Below are positions 58,031 to 64,000 of a stretch of 64,000 nucleotides of DNA, in pieces (the stretch's first letter is position 1; the number at the start of each line of letters is the position of its first letter). Under the pieces are notes generated by a model that was given only the letters and a program-made list of their open reading frames with translations, ran no database searches and was not told where the DNA came from. The DNA comes from Ascoidea asiatica JCM 7603. Its lineage: Eukaryota; Fungi; Ascomycota. The position numbers and the translations under genes are program-made. The stretch spans positions 55,151 to 119,150 of the forward strand of contig BCKQ01000016.1 of assembly GCA_001600695.1 (NCBI GenBank). Reading direction: 5' to 3'.

Positions 58031-59900
58031 ATGGATAAAATATGCCATTTTAGAAAACATAAACAGAAAAAAGTTGTTTCCTATTGCAATTTCTATGATG
58101 AAAAAAGATTCAAAAAAATCAGGAAAAGATATAAAGAAAGTACTAGCTAATAAAAAGAAAGAATAATTTCACTTATTGGTAATGGAACCTACAATTTAAG
58201 GGAATAGTACAATAGAAAAGGAATTATAGAAGCTCTCTTTTAATGATAATCCAATTATTTATTTGATTTTTTAGATGAAACTGATGAATTTCCAAACCAT
58301 CATAAATTGACTAAAGATTCTCTCAATGAGAATATGAAAGAATCAATCAATAATTAAAATCTCAAAAAATGGGGAAAATATAAGCAAGTTAGGAATTGAT
58401 AGTATCACTCAGCTGGATATTTCAGTCCAGATGAATTTTTGTACAAAAACTGCCAATATTATAGATTGAATGATTTATCCAACGGTCTATCTGCTTTAAA
58501 TAATTTTCTGAATAAAAATTTAATTACTTTAATCAATGATGATTTATACAATGACTTTATTAAGTTAATAATTCTAATTAACAAAAATAAACATTTTTGA
58601 TACTTTATTTAATAATTTAAAGATCTCATTAATTGATTATATTAAATCCACTAATAAGAATTAAACGACTGTTCAAATTCACTCAATTATATTAATCAAA
58701 ACTTGATTTCAAAAAAAAAAATAAGCAACATGATAAAATTCATTTCGGATTTGAGTTACTTAATGATTAAGTTGATATTTTGAGGGAAAGTTAAATGAAG
58801 GTCCTGCTTTTAAAATCCAATAGTTACAATATTTATACTCTTGTTATTTCTTTATTCAACAATCGATGAATAACTTTTCATTTGTGAACAATATTCATTT
58901 GAATGATATCACCTATGAAAGTAAAAATGTTTTTGATAGCACAGATAATTTACTTTCGTTACCTTCATTGGACTCATATGATATTCACCCTAATATGATA
59001 GACCTAAGTAAAATAAGGTCTAACTTCAAATGATTTATTAAAAATTACCTTGTTATCAACAATATTATCAGACAAAACAAAAAAAATCTTTAAAAGCCTT
59101 TTCCTTTTGTAAAAAAGTTATCTAAAAAAATCAATGTTCTTAGATTTGAATATAAAGCATTTTCGAATGAATATTCAACTCAATGTATATCAGATTCTAT
59201 AGAAAAAAGTTTGAAATCAGAAAATGGTATATTAAAGTTAATCGAAGTTTATGAAGTTCCCGGAGAAATATGGGAGCTTCTTAAAAAAGTTGAAGAGCAC
59301 TGAATGAAGAATTTTTTTCAATGGAATTATCATCCTGGAATTAGGCTTACCACGTATTTAAGTTTTACCTGAATTTTAGGAAAAACTCATGATAGGATAA
59401 GATTAAGTGATTAGCAAATTATGACTGGTTATAAAAGGAAATCTTCAACAAATTCTTAGTTATACACATTAAAGTGTAAAAATAAAGAAAATGTAAAAGA
59501 TTAAAAACAACTTTTTTTCGAATAAATATTCAAATGCACCGGCAGTTTAGTTTTCAATATCAAGGCCAAAAAATTCAATTTTGCTAGTTTGCAATATTCA
59601 ATATGAATTTTTCTAATTTAGCTATTGTTCATATAGAGGCAAGGTGTTTTTTTCTGGAACTAATAATGTAAAACTATACTTAAGATAAACTAGTTGAAAG
59701 TTATTCGAAACACTTGAGGAGATCAAAATAAGTAAAAAAAGTATCAAGAGTAAAAGCAAAAATGGTTTGTAAGGGATATAGTTTTATGATAAATCTTATC
59801 AAGTAAGAAGCTTAAAAGTTGGCTAAATCAAGTAAATTCTGAGTAAAAACAAATTCTAGGAATTTGAAAAAGGTGTTTCAAATTCAAATTAAATTGCTAA
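58031..59900 (+). pseudogene. Decayed coding relic of unknown family
   Basis: One frame from about 58866 reads protein-like across isolated stops: MNNFSFVNNIHL...SNFK*FIKNYLVI...KNL*KPFPFVKKLS...EVPGEIWELLKKVEEH*. The region lacks the microsatellites typical of local intergenic DNA. Boundaries are approximate. Confidence 0.45.
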
Positions 59901-60316
59901 TAATAATATAAATAAATTTTTAGTAAAAATTCATATTAGTCTTTTGTTAACGAAGTCGAAGAATTTCAAAATCACATTCTTTAAAGGTGTTATTGATGAT
60001 TTCAACCTTTCGAAATGGAATTGTTTGGGGCTAAAATGAAATGATTGCAGGAACCCGAAAAATTGATTTGAAAACACACTAAAATCTCGGGTCAATTAGC
60101 CCTCTTAAAAACGGGCTAAATATCTCATATCACATGTTAATGTTTTTAGCTCTCTATGCTTTATTCAACCACGTCCTATGTCCTAGATCCCAGTGGCTTA
60201 CCCCCGAATGAAGAAAAAACAAGAAAAGAGAAGAAGAAAAGGAAGGTTTTGTTGCTTCTTGTTGTTGCTTCTTCTTGTTCGTCTATGTAGCATCTTCTTT
60301 TAATACAACACTTGCA

Positions 60317-62692
60317 ATGAACAACAGCAGCAGTGGCATCTCCAGCACCTTCACTAACAGAATCACCATCGACCATTACTCCTATTTATTCAATTCGTCT
60401 GTTCCTAAATCTGATTTGTATTGGCGCAACTTCTTCACTTTTCCTGTTTATATTCCTGCATTGAAAGCTACTCTCAATGTTTTGTCTCTTTCCTCACTCC
60501 TACCAGAAAACTATCCTCAAATTACTTCAAATGATCAGTATAATTATCTGATAATCAATCTTATATTCAATCAAGCTGTCTGTCAAATTGATTCTCTTAT
60601 TGATGATACTAACAATAATACGGTTAATGACCAACATGATACTCAAAAAGATAATGATTTAGAATATAAAATAAATAATGTCTTGCTCATATTAATCACT
60701 TTATTTGAAATTCTTATTCAAAAATTAAATCAATTAAATGTTTCTTCAACAAATTCAAAAAGTTTCGTTATGGTAAATTTATTATCTTCAAATAGTAATA
60801 AACAATCTTTGGATTCTTTAAATAACTCAATTGTGAATAATTTAATTAACAAGATCATAATAAACTCTTCAACTTTTAAATCTATTTATACAATAAATCT
60901 AAACATTTCTCTATTAAAGAATTCTATTCTTTTATTTACTAATTCTAATTATTTTACTAATTTTTACAATATAAATACTTCCTCCAATTTAAATGATTTC
61001 ATTTATTCAACAATATTATCTCAAATCCAGTCGAGTCAATCTGATAATTCTATGAATATATTATTGTTATCGGATTTAATTATAATTTTGATTATCCTTA
61101 TTAATAACAATAATGACAATAATGTATATAAAACTCATTTATGTAATCTTCATTTTAATCTAAATTTAGAAACTCATGACAATAATAATCAAACTGATAG
61201 TGATGATGATAATGATAAATTATCTTTCATTTTAATAAATCTTTTCAATAAACTTATTTCAATTAATTTAATTCAATTAAATAACCTAAAAAGTGATTTA
61301 TTAATAAAATCCTCAAGTTCAATAAGTTTTTTGAATTTTTTAACTTTCAATAAATTCAATTCAATTAATTTTGATTATTCAACTTATTTATCAAATAAAT
61401 TTCTATTAGTGAATGATAACAATTCAACTGAAAGCTTACAATTAGAATTAATCCTATTCAATAAAAAAAAAAATATTTTGAATTTCGACAATAATTATAA
61501 TGATTTATTAATTTTTAATATTTTTTTTTATAATTTACTTATTTTAAATAAAAAAAATTTTATAAATTCTTTATTAGTTAATGATAATCTACAATTTCTT
61601 GAAATCTTTTTATCTTTTGTCACTTTTATATTTCAAAATCAAAATAAAAACAAAATTTTTAAAAATTTATCAAGACTAAATTTATTAATTTTAAATCATT
61701 TAATAAATTCAAATTCAAAAAAAAATTCAAATTTCTTATTCAATTATATTATAAATTCAAATAATTTCAAAATTTCACATCAGTTAAATCCATTTATAAA
61801 TGATTTAACTTTAACCAAAAACTATAATAAATTAATGATTTTTTATTTATTAAATGACCTTCAATTCATTTTAAGATACAATTTAACTTTAAATCTAGAT
61901 TTGATTATTTATAAGTTGGCAATTATTAATATATTAAAAATTATAGTTATCTTGATCAATAATAATCAATACATTGTGGAGTTTCAAAATTATGAGTGGA
62001 ATGAATTATTTATCTCATTATTCAATTTAATCAAATTTATTTTATTAAAAATTAAAAATTTCAGTTCAATTAAATTAAATTCCTTATTAGAAGAAATTTA
62101 TAACCTAATTTTTGTATTATTGAAATTTAATAAATTTCTCCTATTTGATAATGAAGTTAAATTTCAGTTAATCTACAAAATTATTGAAAATAATGAAATT
62201 ATTCTAAACTCAATTCAAATGCTATTGAAGTTTAAGCCTACTAATAATATTTCAGATATTAATTTGATTAATGTCAATAAATTTTCAAAACTTATTAATA
62301 ATATAAGTGAAATTTTAGAAACAAATGTATTTAATCAAAGAGACTTTGATTATCATGAAATACAATCTACTTTAAAACTTAAAATCAAAAATAATTTGAA
62401 ACTTGAAGATCTTGATGTTGATACGAGTGACGAGTATCAGAATTCTAATCAATCTAATATCCTTGAATATAAGAATGCAAAAAAAATTGCCAATAAAAAT
62501 CAAAATAAAAATATAGATGAAAATGAAAATCTTAGTTTGGAATCGCTAATTCAAGATGACAAATTATTATTCAAAAATGAAAGCTTTAAGTATATCAAAA
62601 AAGGTGATGCAATCTATTCAAATCAAAAAATCTCTAAGTTAAATGATTCTGTAGGTATTTTGATTCAAAACAATCATACTTTGTATAAGTGA
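60317..62692 (+). CDS. ARMH3/C10orf76 (DUF1741, UPF0668) family armadillo-like protein
   Basis: First ATG at 60317. N-terminal YWRNFF.FP...L..L..LS...LL; FLSFVTFIFQNQ...RLNLLIL; YNLT.NLD..IYKL.I.IL...YEWNELF.SLF.LIKF, resembling the family motif HNLRR.LD..LY...YHWSELW..L..L..F. Confidence 0.7.
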   Translation: MNNSSSGISSTFTNRITIDHYSYLFNSSVPKSDLYWRNFFTFPVYIPALKATLNVLSLSSLLPENYPQITSNDQYNYLIINLIFNQAVCQIDSLIDDTNNNTVNDQHDTQKDNDLEYKINNVLLILITLFEILIQKLNQLNVSSTNSKSFVMVNLLSSNSNKQSLDSLNNSIVNNLINKIIINSSTFKSIYTINLNISLLKNSILLFTNSNYFTNFYNINTSSNLNDFIYSTILSQIQSSQSDNSMNILLLSDLIIILIILINNNNDNNVYKTHLCNLHFNLNLETHDNNNQTDSDDDNDKLSFILINLFNKLISINLIQLNNLKSDLLIKSSSSISFLNFLTFNKFNSINFDYSTYLSNKFLLVNDNNSTESLQLELILFNKKKNILNFDNNYNDLLIFNIFFYNLLILNKKNFINSLLVNDNLQFLEIFLSFVTFIFQNQNKNKIFKNLSRLNLLILNHLINSNSKKNSNFLFNYIINSNNFKISHQLNPFINDLTLTKNYNKLMIFYLLNDLQFILRYNLTLNLDLIIYKLAIINILKIIVILINNNQYIVEFQNYEWNELFISLFNLIKFILLKIKNFSSIKLNSLLEEIYNLIFVLLKFNKFLLFDNEVKFQLIYKIIENNEIILNSIQMLLKFKPTNNISDINLINVNKFSKLINNISEILETNVFNQRDFDYHEIQSTLKLKIKNNLKLEDLDVDTSDEYQNSNQSNILEYKNAKKIANKNQNKNIDENENLSLESLIQDDKLLFKNESFKYIKKGDAIYSNQKISKLNDSVGILIQNNHTLYK

Positions 62693-63449
62693 CCCAGAAA
62701 TAATTTTGATATATTTAGCTTGATACTCTTCACTATATCTTTATAGATTTTCATTTTTCTAACGTTTTTCTAAATTTAAAATAAATATTTTAGAGTTCAT
62801 TAGCTTGCTTCCTACACAATTTGACATAAAGTATTTGATTCTTAGTTATAGCGATATCTCAGGATCCCGGATTTGCAAGACCTAAACAAAATTTGCACCT
62901 GACTTGCTTCCCTCAAGATATTGATAGCAGATATGTAGAGCTTTTTTCCCGATGGCAAATTAACAGTAAAATTGGGCATAAATCTTACTTCAGTTTGCAA
63001 TTAAGTTTAAATTTACATGCATTAAGACGCTAAATCATGTGACGGATTGAAAACCAATTATGTGGGATTTCTGTGTAAACTGCTAAAAGTAAAAATACTC
63101 CATGGAACTTGCTTTTCACAACAAAACGCATCTTCCATTTTCAGACAGCTTCTTTAAAAGGAGTTGGTAATGGGAACGAAAATTCAGCTTTTCTATCTGA
63201 CTTGAACAGCGCAAATTTGATTTAAAAATTCCCGTCCTACAGGTTAAAGCGGGTTAGAAAATTAAAGTTTTTGTAACATTAGCGGAAATTCAAATAAACA
63301 ATCTCTCACATATTAGCTATTCTGTTATAAAAAAAAAAGTTTTAAAATGAAAATTCTTCAAATCTATTGTCATGCTTGTATCCCAGAAGAATTTTCCTCC
63401 AAATAATCCTTAAGGTCCTTAAGGTCTGCTTTCTGTAATAGCAATAGTA

Positions 63450-64000
63450 GCAAAAATGATTAGTTTATCTCACTCAGTAGGCGTTGAAATAAAACTAAAT
63501 CTTACAAATCCATTGGGACTTTCAAGTACGGTGTTTATTCAGTTTTCGGTATGTGCGGCCGATATAAGGTAAGGCTGCTTACTGTTGAGCCTTCATGCGT
63601 ATATGTGCTCCTTGAAATTGTTAGGCGTAATAGAGTTATCATTGCTGCGTAAAGAGTTTAAGCACTTATTGAGCTACGCTAGCATAGCACAGCATCTTAA
63701 CGAACAAAACTCGTTAACTAACGTATGTTCTTTTTTTTTTGTCCGTTAAGATATTGTGCTATGACAGAGTGTTCTGATCACAATTTCCCTACCAGTTAAC
63801 AATACAAGTCAGAGCACTGAAAATACTGTGAGACGGTTTCCCGGTAATTGTGATACTGAGCCGAAACAGGGAAATATACAAAAGTTTGTAAATAATACGG
63901 TACCATTAGTAGGATATTATTTATTTGAAACCTGTGTTCAGACATGAAGCAAAATTCAAGATTGTCAGCTTCATTTTTAATATAAAGAATACTCAGGTTT
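63450..64000 (+). ncRNA. Candidate structured non-coding RNA, unidentified and possibly truncated by the window end
   Basis: ORF-free with raised GC, downstream of TATAAA at about 63326. It contains consecutive stems, including a 27-bp hairpin (63683-63709/63737-63763), and most G-U pairs fall on the + strand. Confidence 0.5.

Noticed and set aside
63408-63426. Tandem (CCTTAAGGT)x2 as a possible telomerase template
   Set aside because: The species' telomere repeat is unknown to me and the position near the putative 5' end is atypical, so it cannot be supported without a telomere check.
63515-63526. GAAAGTCCC on the minus strand, resembling RNase MRP CR-I
   Set aside because: I found no matching CR-V/P4 partner or P3 domain in the right order, and G-U pairs favour the + strand.
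63716-63728. Adjacent ACTAAC and GTATGT splice-like signals
   Set aside because: They are in the wrong order for an intron, lie in a hairpin loop, and have no upstream coding exon.

Overview
This is very AT-rich, almost intron-free eukaryotic DNA from a budding yeast (Saccharomycotina). The extreme AT content and poly-Asn tracts resemble Ascoidea-type genomes, but that assignment is an inference. The window holds about 20 conserved genes: ATG13 (5' part, missed by the ORF track), QCR2, GDB1, REG1, CFT2, a TFIIIC-90/Tfc8-like gene, RER1, tRNA-Ile(AAT), NTH1, a Gyp6-like TBC GAP, MUM2, PRI1, a degenerate NmrA/Cip1-like gene, ATP14, SNF4, RPB6, MLC2, MTC5/SEA3 and an ARMH3-like gene. The items most worth follow-up are: (1) an ORF-free, densely base-paired candidate structured ncRNA at about 63.4-64.0 kb; (2) an unannotated 45-aa Cys/His-rich double-zinc-finger microprotein at 52898-53035 with its own promoter island; (3) a compact permease + SDR + Zn2Cys6 regulator cluster at 16.3-23.1 kb; (4) a NUP-family gene broken by one in-frame TAA; (5) a decayed ~1.9-kb coding relic at 58-60 kb; (6) a convergent RER1-tRNA-NTH1 arrangement joining two genes that flank centromeres in S. 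cerevisiae. Gene calls rest on recognised motifs; no database searches were run.
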